Below are positions 14,971 through 26,820 of a DNA stretch of 64,000 nucleotides, piece after piece. The stretch lies in assembly GCA_964016885.1 (NCBI GenBank), contig OZ024753.1, positions 620,001 to 684,000 on the forward strand, read 5' to 3'. This DNA comes from Eledone cirrhosa. Lineage: Eukaryota. Every line of letters begins with the position of its first letter. Position 1 is the stretch's first letter. Below the pieces are notes generated by a model, which was not told the origin of the DNA, made no database searches, and worked only from the letters and a program-made list of their open reading frames with translations. The position numbers and the translations under genes are program-made.

Positions 14971-15830
14971 TAGTCTACAGTTAACTTGTAATAGCCAACT
15001 TCATAAATTTAGTATAAAAAATTACTCTAAAACATTAGACATTTACACAAGTATATTCGGTATTTAAATGTACATATCTCTGTGTTTCTAGTAATGTTTT
15101 TCTATAGAGAAATATCAGACAGACTGGTGCATACTTATATTGGAAATATTTAGCATCAGAAGTTTATCAGTTAGTATTTCACTAACAATGGTGTTTAGTA
15201 TTGACATACAACTGGTGTTACTGGGAAGTATCATATCAATATTATATCAACTCTCTACAACAAAGACAGTTTTAATGAAATTTGAACTCATAACAAAGAA
15301 ACTAAAGACTGCAAAGCACCATACTACATGTTAGAATTGGCTCCATAATATATATGAAAAATGGTAAATAGCCTGAAATAGATAATTGTTTCTACTTTTA
15401 GCACAAGGCCAGCAATTACCCAGTGTATTACTGGTACTTTATTTTATCGACCCCGTAAGGATGAAAGGCAAAGTTAACCTTAGCGGGATTTGAACTCAGA
15501 ATGGCAAGGGCCGTAACTCTATACGTCACAGCATGGTGTCCGACCCTCTACCGATACTGCCAATCCACCGTTAATAGATAATATAAGAAAACTGCATTAT
15601 CAAACAGTAAGCTTATTTAGAATCAAAGCTGAAGAAGCAAGCAGTGTATGTGTATATATGCTTGAGTCTGTGAGAATATGTCCAACACTTGCTAACAGGG
15701 AAAAATGGACATTAAATGATGATGATGATATATGCAGTGTTTACAGTTTGAAGACTGTGAAGACCACAAATCAGTGTAGTACCCAATGCATATATGGTTT
15801 CAGAGCAGATATGTTATAGTTCTAATGGAA

Positions 15831-15874
15831 GGCCCTCTCTGTTTTGACTCATTAGCAAGCCTCATCAGAGGGCC
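15831..15874 (-). ncRNA. Decayed hammerhead motif
   Basis: GGCCCT-CTGATGA-GGCT-tgctaatg-AGTC-AAAAC-agag-AGGGCC. Stems I and II intact, GAAA->AAAA, cleavage triplet lost. Confidence 0.5.
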
Positions 15875-16430
15875 AAAGTGTGTATGTGTGTGCATGTGCT
15901 TTGTTAGAGGACCAGTATTAAGTATAAGTATATAAGCTTTCTCTATGGAATAGGTTTGTAAGCAAAAATGACTAAGGGCTCGTGTAATAAAAAGTTAGTT
16001 TGTTATAAACAAGAAAAAAGCTCACAAAATAACCCTCAATCAACTAAATTGTTTTTAAATCTTAAGAGATTGCAAAATTTCCATTTTAGTAAAATAAATG
16101 TTGAAAAAGAATCTTATAAATAAAGTTCCCATCAATTATCTTAACTATCAACTAAACATATACATTCACTGTGAGGAAAGACCCACTCTTACAAGCCAAA
16201 AGCTTTTTGTCAAAAACCACCATGCCCCTTACAACACACAAAAAAAATTCTGAGTGTATGTGTATGTGTGGTGCGAGTGTGAAAGCTTAGCTTTGTTAGT
16301 GTGTTTCACAAAAACAAACAACAAGGAGAGTGAACAGTTAAAAATGAGATAGATAAACAGAGAGAGAGTGAAAGAGCACAGCACACCTCCTCATTGCCCA
16401 TAAAAGGGAGGAGCAACACATTAGACTCAC

Positions 16431-16451
16431 CTTCTTTGGGACATCCTCATC
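16431..16451 (-). CDS. Candidate 21-nt microexon DEDVPKK
   Basis: Long pyrimidine tract cttgttcttctttctttag|GATGAGGATGTCCCAAAGAAG|gtgagt. Consensus sites, symmetric phase 0. Confidence 0.75.
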
Positions 16452-17094
16452 CTAAAGAAAGAAGAACAAGAAAAAAAATGAAGAAGATCAACATAAAAAT
16501 GAGTACAAATAACTTCATTATAGCAGAGGTTCGTTAACTCTTAATCTCCCGTATGGAACCACATTAGCTAGACATTATTGGAAAGTACAAAACAGCACAA
16601 TGACTGCATCACATTACAAATTAGTGTCTTTACAGTAATAATGCAAATGTTCTCAACAATCTGTTGACTAGTAAAGATACTATAAACATTTGAAGTAACA
16701 AATCTGTTATTAGATATTTTCTACTAAATCATTACAGGATGTTAAGAGTTAAGAAACAGTTCACTTGATGAATGCTAACATTTTATCATTATTAATAATA
16801 TCATTATTATTATTATTTTCTTTTGGCAGAGTTGTAGTGGGTTTGTTTTTATCATGGAACAATAAAATGGTTGATGAGAATCAAAATGGAAGAAATGCAG
16901 ATGAATTAGTCACGCTGTGTGGAAACTGAAATAACTGAAATGTTGAAATTATTGATCAAAATGATGAATGACTGTAAATGGAAGGGGAAGAAAGTGAATG
17001 AATAAATATATGCACATATGATAACGGTGATAATATATATTTGTTATTAATAGAGACTAATTCAAAGTTTTGCAGATGCTACTGTCATCTTAGT

Positions 17095-17350
17095 GGAGGC
17101 ATGTAGCCTAGTGGTAAGGGTGTTGGACTTGCGATCATAATGTCATGGGTTCGATTCCTGGGCTGTGTGTTGTGTTCTTGAGCAAAGCACTTCATTTCAC
17201 GTTGCTCCAGTATACTCAATAGCTGGGGGTTTGGCCCTGCAATGGACTGGCATCCTGTCCAGGGGCGTCTTGTACTCTCAGTCGCTTCACGCCATGAAAC
17301 CAGGATAAGCACTGGCCAAATGAGCCTTCTGGCTTAAGACAAACTTTAGA
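17095..17350 (+). mobile_element. Second tRNA-derived SINE family (other copies ~9775, 14500-14720, 28548, 38330, 38740, 52560, 63230)
   Basis: A box TAGCCTAGTGG and B box GGTTCGATTCC, then TTGAGCAAAGCACTTCATTTCAC and CCCTGCAATGGACTGGCATCCTGTCCAGGG. Confidence 0.8.
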
Positions 17351-17984
17351 CTGTCACCTTAACCCTTTAGCATTTAAACCGGCCGTATCCAGCCAGAATT
17401 CTCTCCCCTATTTTTGTTTAAACCGAGTATCTAGTCAGAATTCTCTCACCTCTTTCTGTTCAAATAAAGTAATGTAAAGGGTTAAAATAGTTTTGAGACG
17501 CCAGTAACTTTGGTGAAACTTCAAAGTAAACAGTTATTGTTAATAGTGATTTCTAATTTAGGCACAAAGCCAGAAATTATGGGGGAAGGGAAAGCTAATT
17601 AAATTATCGCAGTACTTGACTGGTACTTTATTTTATTGACCCCGGAAGGATGAAAGGCAAAGTTGACCATGGCGGGATTTGAACTCAGAACATAAAGGCT
17701 AAATAAACTAAATGACACAAAGCATTTTGCCTGACATTCTAACGATTCTGCCAATCTACCACCATAGTTACTATTGATAACAAATATTATTTTGAATCTC
17801 TAAACAGTATAAGAGTCCTTCATACAGTGTTATTTGTCATCATCATTATTTGTCATCATCAAACAGGTGTGAAACAATGATGATGATATACACACACATA
17901 TATATGTGCATACACTAATACACACACATAATATACATACAATAATATACACACATATATACATACAATAATACACGCACATAT

Positions 17985-18181
17985 CAGACCTGCCAACCTC
18001 TAAAAACCCAAACAGGTATTAACATGAAAAAAAAGTGCCCCAAAACGAGGAAAAATGGGGCAAAATGGGAGAGATTTTACATAATGAAAGCTATACCCAT
18101 TTTCAAAAGAGAAGACATCTCTCACCCACCCCAAAGTGGGTGGGAGATCTCCCCATTGGACAGGTAGAGTTGACAGGTCTG
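17985..18181. mobile_element. hAT-like MITE with apparent 6-bp TSD
   Basis: acatat-CAGACCTGCCAACCTCTA...TAGAGTTGACAGGTCTG-acatat. Confidence 0.7.
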
Positions 18182-18686
18182 ACATATATACATACAATAA
18201 TACAGACAAATATATATGAACACTAAATTATCGATGAAAATATAAGATTGAAATCCATTCTCTGTGTATTTTTAAAGCATATGGTCCCACTGACACCTTT
18301 AATTGTGATTCAATTAAATTATACACATTATGAGAAATTCCGAAATATGTTGGATACATAGATAAAAATGTTAGGATACTCAAAGAAAAAGGATGTTATG
18401 TAGTATAGGTGCCAGTTGTGGGGTTTTGTTTGTTTTTGTTATACTTCATAAAACCACATTAGCAAGGCATTCTTGAAACAAACAAAACAACACTATGACT
18501 TATGACTGCATAACATTAAAAATTAAAGTCTTTACTCAGATACTGCAAAATTTCACACCAATCTATCCACTAGTAAAGATACTATAAACATTTGAATTAA
18601 CAAACCTGTATTTAGATATTTTCTAAACCATTACAAGATGATTGTCAAAGTAGACAATGCACAAAAATAGACAATACAAATATATA

Positions 18687-18766
18687 CATGGTGTCCCCCA
18701 AAATATGTATACACATATTTATTAGAATGTTGTTGAAATGTGTATACATTTTTGGGGGACACTCTG
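18687..18766. mobile_element. 80-bp Tc1-type mini-MITE
   Basis: TA-CATGGTGTCCCCCAAAATATGTATACACAT...ATGTGTATACATTTTTGGGGGACACTCTG-TA. Confidence 0.7.
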
Positions 18767-19509
18767 TATTTGCATAATATAAATGTTAATGAAGTATCAC
18801 AATATAACTCAATACTGGTATATTATAAACCCTGATATATGATGAAACATACTTGTATATCTATGTACATAATATACCTAAAACTATTATAGCCACCACT
18901 CACAATGGAGTATAACTTAGTAGTACTATGTTTTTACTAAGGGTTTTAAGTGCCCATGCACTCACAAACAGGGACAGACAACTTCTTGGCCCTCTCTCCC
19001 TTGATCCAGTGAAATAACCAAGATCTGACAGCTAGGAGAAAGGGCTACACCAGCACAGGGATGGGACTTTAATAAGCCCCAAACAGACGAAAGACCATGG
19101 CAAGATTTGAACTCAGACCATAGAAATCCAGAACAAATATTTAGTGACTGCCAAATTGACTGCTTCCATAATATATACCACTATAGAAAATAATTCAATG
19201 GATTTACTTTAATATATAAGTACACATATATCATATACATTATAAACACTATTCAACCATTTTAAGATATTTAAAAGCAACCCTTTGTTTCAAACAAAGA
19301 CTACCAGCATTGAAATTAGAAAAACCTTTTAAAGTTAAAGTCTGTCCTAAACCCAGAGGCTAATCGGGTCAGAGCTTGTCTCAGTTTTCTTGGCACTGAG
19401 CAGCTGAGAATACAAGACTCTCCTCCTGGATGGGACACAAGTTTGTCACAGAGTTAACTCCCAGCTGCTGCTGTTGATACTCATTTATTTTCAACGGAGG
19501 AGACTGGAG

Positions 19510-19672
19510 CAGTGATTCCCAAAGTGTGTTCAACAGAACCCAAGGGTTCCATGAAAAAAGGTAGAGGAGTATATTTATATTACGACCATATAACAGTATT
19601 AGACTTTGGGGTTCCCCCAAAAGTTTCTGAACCAAAAAGGGTTCTGCTTTTGAAAAAGTTTGGGAAACCCTG
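19510..19672. mobile_element. hAT (Charlie-like) MITE inserted into a SINE
   Basis: TIRs CAGTGATTCCCAAA / TTTGGGAAACCCTG, with 8-bp TSD gactggag/gactagag. Confidence 0.85.
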
Positions 19673-20354
19673 GACTAGAGCAAAATATAAATGAAGTGCA
19701 CCAGATGGTCTTGGTATTAAACCTCCGATCTTATGATCATGTGTCAAACACCCTAATCTTTAGAAAAATATATAAAGTGATAATTTACATTGTAAGCACC
19801 AATTTGAGACAGAAATGAGAATTCATGGAAGTTGAAGCTGTTATCAATTGCCTGCCAAGCAGCAATGTTACTAAAAACCTGTCATTCTATATTTTCATAT
19901 TAGGTACTAAAAATTATTTCTGGTGATATAAATGTTCTATTCCATCTGCACATGATAAAGTCATTAGTTATTTAACACTAACAGGATAAGTTATTCTAAA
20001 AATATCCAATAGAGGGAGCTGTCTCATGTTTCAGATAAGAAATAATCACCATGAAGTAACTACTAAAAATTTAGTAAAGTTAAATTAATGATATACCAAT
20101 CAATTCACAAAGTTATATTACTGATATCACAACGAGTTTATATCACAATGTTATTTTACACATATCAAATATCCCAGTGAAGTTACAGTGTTATAATACA
20201 GATATCAAATATCACAAAGAATTTATATAATATGATAGATTTAATTATATAATAAACAACACAATATAATTATTCCATTACTCAAGGTTTCGCGAAGTCA
20301 GATGATTCCTACAGAAACGTCTCGTTTCGTTCATCAGATGAAATATCTGATAGA

Positions 20355-20622
20355 GGAATTTACAATGTTATAATACGGATACCACTGTGAAATTACCATA
20401 TTATAACAGAGGTATCACTGTGAAATTACCATATTATAACAGAGGTATCACAGTGAAATTACAATGTTATAATAGAGATATCACAGTGAATTTATCATAT
20501 AATAGAGATACCACAGTAAAATTATCGTATTTTAATACAGATACCAAAGTGAATTTACAATGTTATAATACAGATACCAAGGTGAATTTACAATGTTATA
20601 ATACAGATATCAGATATCACAG
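20355..20622. repeat. 33-bp minisatellite, ~8 copies
   Basis: tgtgaaattaccatattataacagaggtatcac and variants. Confidence 0.85.
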
Positions 20623-20954
20623 TGACACCCTCAATAGTATAGTATCATACCCTCTGCAACTGGAAACAAATTGATCAAGAATTCATACAGTAGGCTCTCA
20701 TTCATGCATGTGCACAAGTATACAGAAGAAGCACATTCTGATCTGGCAAAAATTTCAGAATATTTTCAAATAATATGTACTAAAAAGTACTAATTGTAAA
20801 AAAGTGTAATAAATAAATAAAGCTTTTCCTTAGCCTTTTCTTATTTTCTTTTCAGAGCAAAATAAAATTAAAAAATAGGTGTTCCAGCATGGTCACAGAC
20901 TAATGACTGAATCAATAAAAAGAATAAAAGTGTGTGTGTGCATAATTATTTTAA

Positions 20955-21235
20955 AGATTGTGCCTGGGCTGGTTTGGACACGCTTTGAGACTTCCCCCGG
21001 AGAGACTGGCGAACCAAGTACTTAAATGGAGCCCGCAGGAAAGCAGATGGAGAGGGCGACCCAATATGAACTGGCGCCAGACAGTTGAGAGGGACCTGCG
21101 AGCGACAAACAGACAATGGCGGCATGCTGTGCAACTGGCTGCTGACCGAACGCGATGGAACACTGATTGCGGGAGCTTCTGAGTCTGAGTGAGAGTTTAT
21201 GAAGGAATACAGAAATAAAATAAACTAAATAAGTA
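20955..21235 (+). mobile_element. RTE LINE 3' end
   Basis: WFGHALRLPPERLANQVLKWSPQ..RGRP..WRQTVERDL..AADRTRW, followed by a TAAA-type tail. Confidence 0.85.
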
Positions 21236-22093
21236 TTATCACTGTCAAAAATAGATTTTGTTCAATATGTAACTAGGCCCTTAATAATAGTAATAGTTTC
21301 TGATTTAGGCACAAGACCAGCAATTTATGGGGAGAGAAAAGTCAATTACATTGACCCCATTTCATGACTGGTACTTTATTTTATCAACCCTGGAAGGATG
21401 AAAGACAAAGTTGACCTCACTGGCATTTGAACTCAGACAGTAGAAAGCCATAACTAAATACCACAAAGTATTTTGTTTGATGCTCTACTGATTTCTGCCA
21501 ATCCACAGAATGATGACAACCACGATGATAATTATTTCTAACATTAGCAGAAGGATAGGGGAAATGGCTTGGTCAGAAGAAAAAGGGCAGTACCCATGAC
21601 TTTTTCAGGACCTTAAAGGCAGATGTGAGGAAAGGAGTAAATTATCCTTTGGCCAGAGACCTGGCCAAAATGCTTGCAGCAGTGTGGACTTCACTAGTAA
21701 TATAATATAATATAATATAATTAAAATTATTGTGTACAGTGCTCAGATGCACTACAACTCATCAAAGGTGCATCGTATAGTACATAGAATAATGTTCAAA
21801 TGTCAGGAAAATGAACAGTATAGGAGTCATGATATATACACAGATACATGCGTGTGTATAGAGGGGGGCTATCAGGTGTAGTGTTGGCAAATTTCAGGAA
21901 GCATGGAAGTTTTGAAGGATGCAGTGTCCTGACAGTTAACAACAGATGCAGGTAGCTGGTTCCATGCTTCAGCTGTATTTTGTTTTAAATCTGCACATAT
22001 CCAAGATGCTGCATAATGAGATTGAAACTAAATCTATGAAGTTGTAGATTGAACTATTAAACCACGCAGTCTAGCTTGTTGTGATGTTCATCC

Positions 22094-22129
<36 letters not shown>

Positions 22130-22140
22130 GGATGAACATC

Positions 22141-22172
<32 letters not shown>

Positions 22173-22221
22173 CATCATCATCATTATCGTTTAACGTCCA
22201 TGTTCCACGCTTGCATGGGTT

Positions 22222-22275
<54 letters not shown>

Positions 22276-22319
22276 AACCCATGCAAGCGTGGAACATGGA
22301 CGTTAAACGATAATGATGA

Positions 22320-22356
<37 letters not shown>

Positions 22357-23802
22357 GAAGGGCATCCAGCCATAGAAACCAAGCCAAAATCAGTTCTGTG
22401 TGAGTGAAACTTGGTCCCCCGACCTGATCTCTCACAAAGGGAGAGTTCATCCTACCCATGCTAGCATGAAAAATGGACGTTAAATGATGATGATGATGAT
22501 ATATATACATGCATACATATCATCATCATCACCACCATTATCATTATTTAACGTCTGTTTTTCTGGCTAGCAAGAGAGGGGATCAAGTAAAAAGTGAAAA
22601 GCAGTGAGAATATTTGTAAAAAAAAAAAAATACTTCAAAGTTTAAAAAACAAAGAAAAAGAAGCTTTTAAAGGACTAAAAGCTTAACCAGCATTATTTAA
22701 AATCTAAATAGCAGCAGCACGATATTTTGTTTTGGATATTTCTATTATATATATATAAAAATGGCATTATTTTGGCAAGACAGTGAGATAAATAAACCAG
22801 ATTTTGATGACAGCCTTAAAGCATCTTCAACTAACAAATAAACCATCAGAAAATAAGAATAACATTAGAAATATGCCTGTAATTTGTGAGTACTTCACTC
22901 AGTTGTGAGGTGAGTGATCAATAATCTATACAGTAGGCTCTCATTCATGCATGTGCACAAGTATACAGCAGAAGCACATTCTGATGTGGCAAAAATCTCA
23001 GAAAATTTTCAAATAAAATGTACTAAAATGTACTAAAATATTCAGTTAAGTAAAAAGTAATTTTTTTAAAGGTAGTAGTGGATGGTGGTGCTGGTGGAGG
23101 GCAAAAAATAAAAAGATGGGGTCTGATAGGCAAGTTTTTGATTTGCCAATAATTTATCTAGGAAAGGGATTTTCAAATAGAGGCATTTGGCTATCAAGGG
23201 AAAATTTCAAAATCCCAGAAGAGGAATTTTAACCAAGGGAGCAATTGGGAAGAAATACCAATATACCAAACTATAGTGTGTATTGTATATATATCGAATG
23301 AAAAACCAATATACCCAAATATGGTGTGTATTGTTTATATATCAAATGAAATACCAATATAACCAAATATAGTGTATATTATGTGTATATCAAATGAAAT
23401 AGCAATATAACCAAATATAAAGCTGATAATGAATTAAGAGTTTACAAAAAAACTGCTGTTTCAGACTTAATATAATTATTAGCATTATCATTATTATTAT
23501 CATTTGTTTTTCCATTATGCCATGGGTTGGTTAGGCCTACTTCCACCATAAGGCTTCCCATAGTCAGCATACATCCCACTTTGGTGGATTCAATTCCATT
23601 CCATTCCAAAGACACTTACCACTTACTTAGGGATGCCATCATGACATACATCTTGGGCATCTAAACCTGGCAGAACCCATTCAACCCCAGGCTGGAAACA
23701 CAGCTAATTTCTTCCAGAGAAATGGTAAAGCACCGTAGAGGAAGAATTGACCCTAGTACTAGACTAGTATTTCATCTTATCAATTTTGGTAGGATGAAAG
23801 GC

Positions 23803-24045
23803 AAAGTATTTTGGTCATGTCATCAGGGCGACCCAACACTTGACTAGCCACATCCTTGAGGAACGAATATAGGGAAAAAGAACCAAGGGACAGCAGAAAA
23901 GGAGATGGACAGATGATATTAAGGAATGGGCTGGAAGGAGTTTGGCAGAATGTATAGCAATGGCAAGAGACAGGAAGAGATAGAGAGTGCTGGTCGATAA
24001 GTTGATGACCTCTAACCCTCAGATATGAGGATGGGATGAAGCCAG
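23803..24045 (+). mobile_element. RTE (BovB-like) LINE 3' end inserted in a SINE
   Basis: KYFGHVIR..ILEERI.GKR..G.QKRRWTDDIKEW..MARDR. The SINE resumes at ~24147 (gaaaggcaaagt repeated on both sides). Confidence 0.75.
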
Positions 24046-24544
24046 TATATATATATATGGGAAATGGTGTTTCTTATCTTCTACTACTACTCTGAATGTC
24101 ATTGACCCCTCACCCTCAGATATGAGGGTGGAATGATGCGAGGGTAGAAAGGCAAAGTTGACATTGCTGGGATTTGAACTCAAAACTCAGAGAGTCGGAA
24201 TAGTTTCTGCTGCAAAGAATTCTATCTGGTATTCTAACAACTCTACCTCTTCACCAACTTTGCATCCATTTAATGTCAATAAAATGTGAAGAACGAGAGA
24301 GAAAGAAAGAGACGGGGTCAAGAAAGCTGGCAAAGAGAGGGAGAGAGAGATGGCAAAAGAGAAAAACTGAACTCAATTGATAAATATCTGTAAGAAGCCA
24401 CGTTCATGTTATTCCACATACATCCATTCATGCAAGAGAGGAAAAAACAGAAAAAAAAACAAAAACAAAAATAAAAACAAAATATAAATATAAAGTTTAA
24501 GTAAAATTATTAGATGACAATGTTGTCCAAGAATTATTACTCAC

Positions 24545-24574
24545 AGGTAATTCAGATTCCTCAGTATCAAAATC
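24545..24574 (-). CDS. Candidate 30-nt microexon DFDTEESELP
   Basis: ggtgaaag|GATTTT...TTACCT|gtgagt. Symmetric phase 0 as required by the upstream donor, no stop. Acceptor is weak (AAG, poor pyrimidine tract). Confidence 0.5.
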
Positions 24575-24624
24575 CTTTCACCAAAATATATTTTATTTAT
24601 TTTCATTTATTTAAAAAATATTAA

Positions 24625-24682
24625 TTATATATAAATATATGAATATATATAAATATATGTATATATATAAATATATATATAA

Positions 24683-24713
<31 letters not shown>

Positions 24714-25240
24714 AATATATCAATACTCTATTACAAATATATATATAAACATAAATATATATGAACATAAATATATATAAACATAAATATATATAAACAT
24801 AAATAAACATAAATATATGTATACATATATTTATACCTATAAATATAAATATACATATATATAAATGTATATATAAATACAAATATATATATATAAATAT
24901 ACGATATATTAACAAATGGAAACTATAAATATGAATATATAAATATATATATAAATATAAATATGAATATATATATAAATATATATAAATGTATATGTAA
25001 ATATATATATAAATGTACATATAAATGTATATATAGATACAAATATACATATAAATGTATATATAGATACAAATATACATATAAATGTATGTATATATAG
25101 ATATATGTATATATATAAATATATATGTATATATAAATATACATATATATAATATAAATATACATATATATATATAAATATACATACACATACATATACA
25201 TATATATATATAAATATACATAAATATACATATATATATT
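24625..25240. repeat. TA/TAAA low-complexity satellite
   Basis: Direct inspection. Confidence 0.9.
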
Positions 25241-26458
25241 GAATATATAAGGGTAGGATAGAATTTTAGAAAAAAGAACAAGGAAAATAAATAGCTAAAA
25301 TTGGTTTCAACATCAAAGACTTATTATTATTAAGGTGTGATACATCAGAAAAAGAAATTATATAAAATACAGTCAATAACCACCATTAAATCAAATATTA
25401 TGTTGAACTGTATATATCTATGTTCAATTGTATAAATTTATAAACAGTTGTATATATTTATAAACAGTTGTATATATTTATAAACAGTTGCATATATTTA
25501 TGTTCAATTGTATATATTTATGTTCAGTTGTATATATTTATGTTCAATTGTATATATTTATGTTCAGTTGTATATATTTATGTTCAATTGTATATATTTA
25601 TAAACAGGAAGAGAAGGGATAAAGGAGGAAAATAGAAAAATAAATTAATAAAAAAGAAGGGGTGGAAAATTGAGGCGATGGCATGCTCTACATACAAGAA
25701 CTGGCAGTATGTACAGCTGCATCCCACAAACAAGATGGCAAAAACAATTGCAACAGAGAACAACAGCCAATAATATCTGCTGCATCAACCTTTCCACCTC
25801 ATAGGGTTCCTTGCTGGACAGAATATCTCAGCTGTGTCCCATGGAAAATATGGTGAAACCATTGCTACAGAGAACAACCAGTGATATTCGTATAAGATAT
25901 TCCGCCCCGCAAAGCTTATTCCTCAGGCAAAATGCCTTTTGACTTCTTTGTTGGGTGTGATGCACTCCTTTCTATTTAATCTTTAGCATGCTGAATTTTT
26001 TTATGAATTGCTTCCCTTGACATTGCATTATGCATTAAGGGGAGATTACTCTATTGTCACAATTTGTCACCAACAGCATATTAAAAGTTAACAACATTAC
26101 ACCTCACAAAGCTTATTGGTCAGGTAAAATGCCTTCTGGCTCTTTTGTCAGGTATGGATGCCCTCTTCCCAATTTAACAGTTGAAAACAGCAGCCTGGGA
26201 TCTGAGGACACTGGAGGTTTCGATGAAATCTCTGAACATTTCATTAGCAAAAAATTTGATAGAAAACGCTTTCTATGAATATGATATGTTAACTTTTTTT
26301 CATTTCATATTGGAAAATTAGATGTCATTTTTCTCAAAAGATTAAAGAAACAAATAAAAAAGAAATGTTAAATTTGTATATACAATGGAGTTAGATAATG
26401 AATAAAGACAGATCTAAGATTTCAAGGTGAGAAGATAGACTGTAAATATATGTATGTA

Positions 26459-26820
26459 CAAGGAACATTCAAAATGTTTGTGGAAAATGGAATGAAAAAA
26501 CTATTTCAAGCACCATAGACATCAAGGCACTTTTGTAAGCGATAATACCAGCCATTTATATCAACCTGATAAAATTGAAGATCCTGAGAATTGAACCTTG
26601 GCAAACAAGCCGTTTTTATATCATTAACGGTCTTAAATTTGGGTATCTATTAAAAGTTTATGTTTAGCAAATAAAAAATAATCAGGTGCTAAATCAGGAT
26701 TGTAGGGTGGATGTCTACTAATTTCTCATTAAAATTCAGACAAAGTTCTCCTTGTTTGACAAGAGGAATGGGCAGGGGCATTGTCATGAGGGAAAAGAAC
26801 TCTCTCATGAAGGTTTCCAT
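26459..26820 (-). mobile_element. Irritans-subfamily (Hsmar2-like) mariner, 3' relic with one TIR
   Basis: Minus translation GNLHERVLFPHDNAPAHSSCQTR..RHPPYNPDLAP.DYFLF..NGWYYRLQKCLDVYGA. TIR-like caaggaacattcaaaatgtttgtggaaaat follows a TA. Confidence 0.85.

Noticed and set aside
1-16430. Next conserved FERM exon (..C..LWKC..E..FF..)
   Set aside because: Searched by eye on the minus strand and not found. Presumed to lie beyond position 1, though it could have been missed.
17095-17165. tRNA gene
   Set aside because: A/B boxes belong to SINE heads. There is no cloverleaf, and a SINE body follows.
20285-20345. Hammerhead-like words (CTGATGA..GAAAC) on the minus strand
   Set aside because: No stem II between the core segments and no convincing stem I.
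20690-20745. Possible mutually exclusive exon pair with 22930-22990
   Set aside because: Phase-0 reading contains TGA, and the second copy lacks the acceptor AG.
26054-26278. 74-aa plus-strand ORF in non-microsatellite sequence
   Set aside because: No recognisable homology. The region shows an internal decayed duplication (aaagcttatt..cagg.aaaatgcctt) typical of an old repeat.
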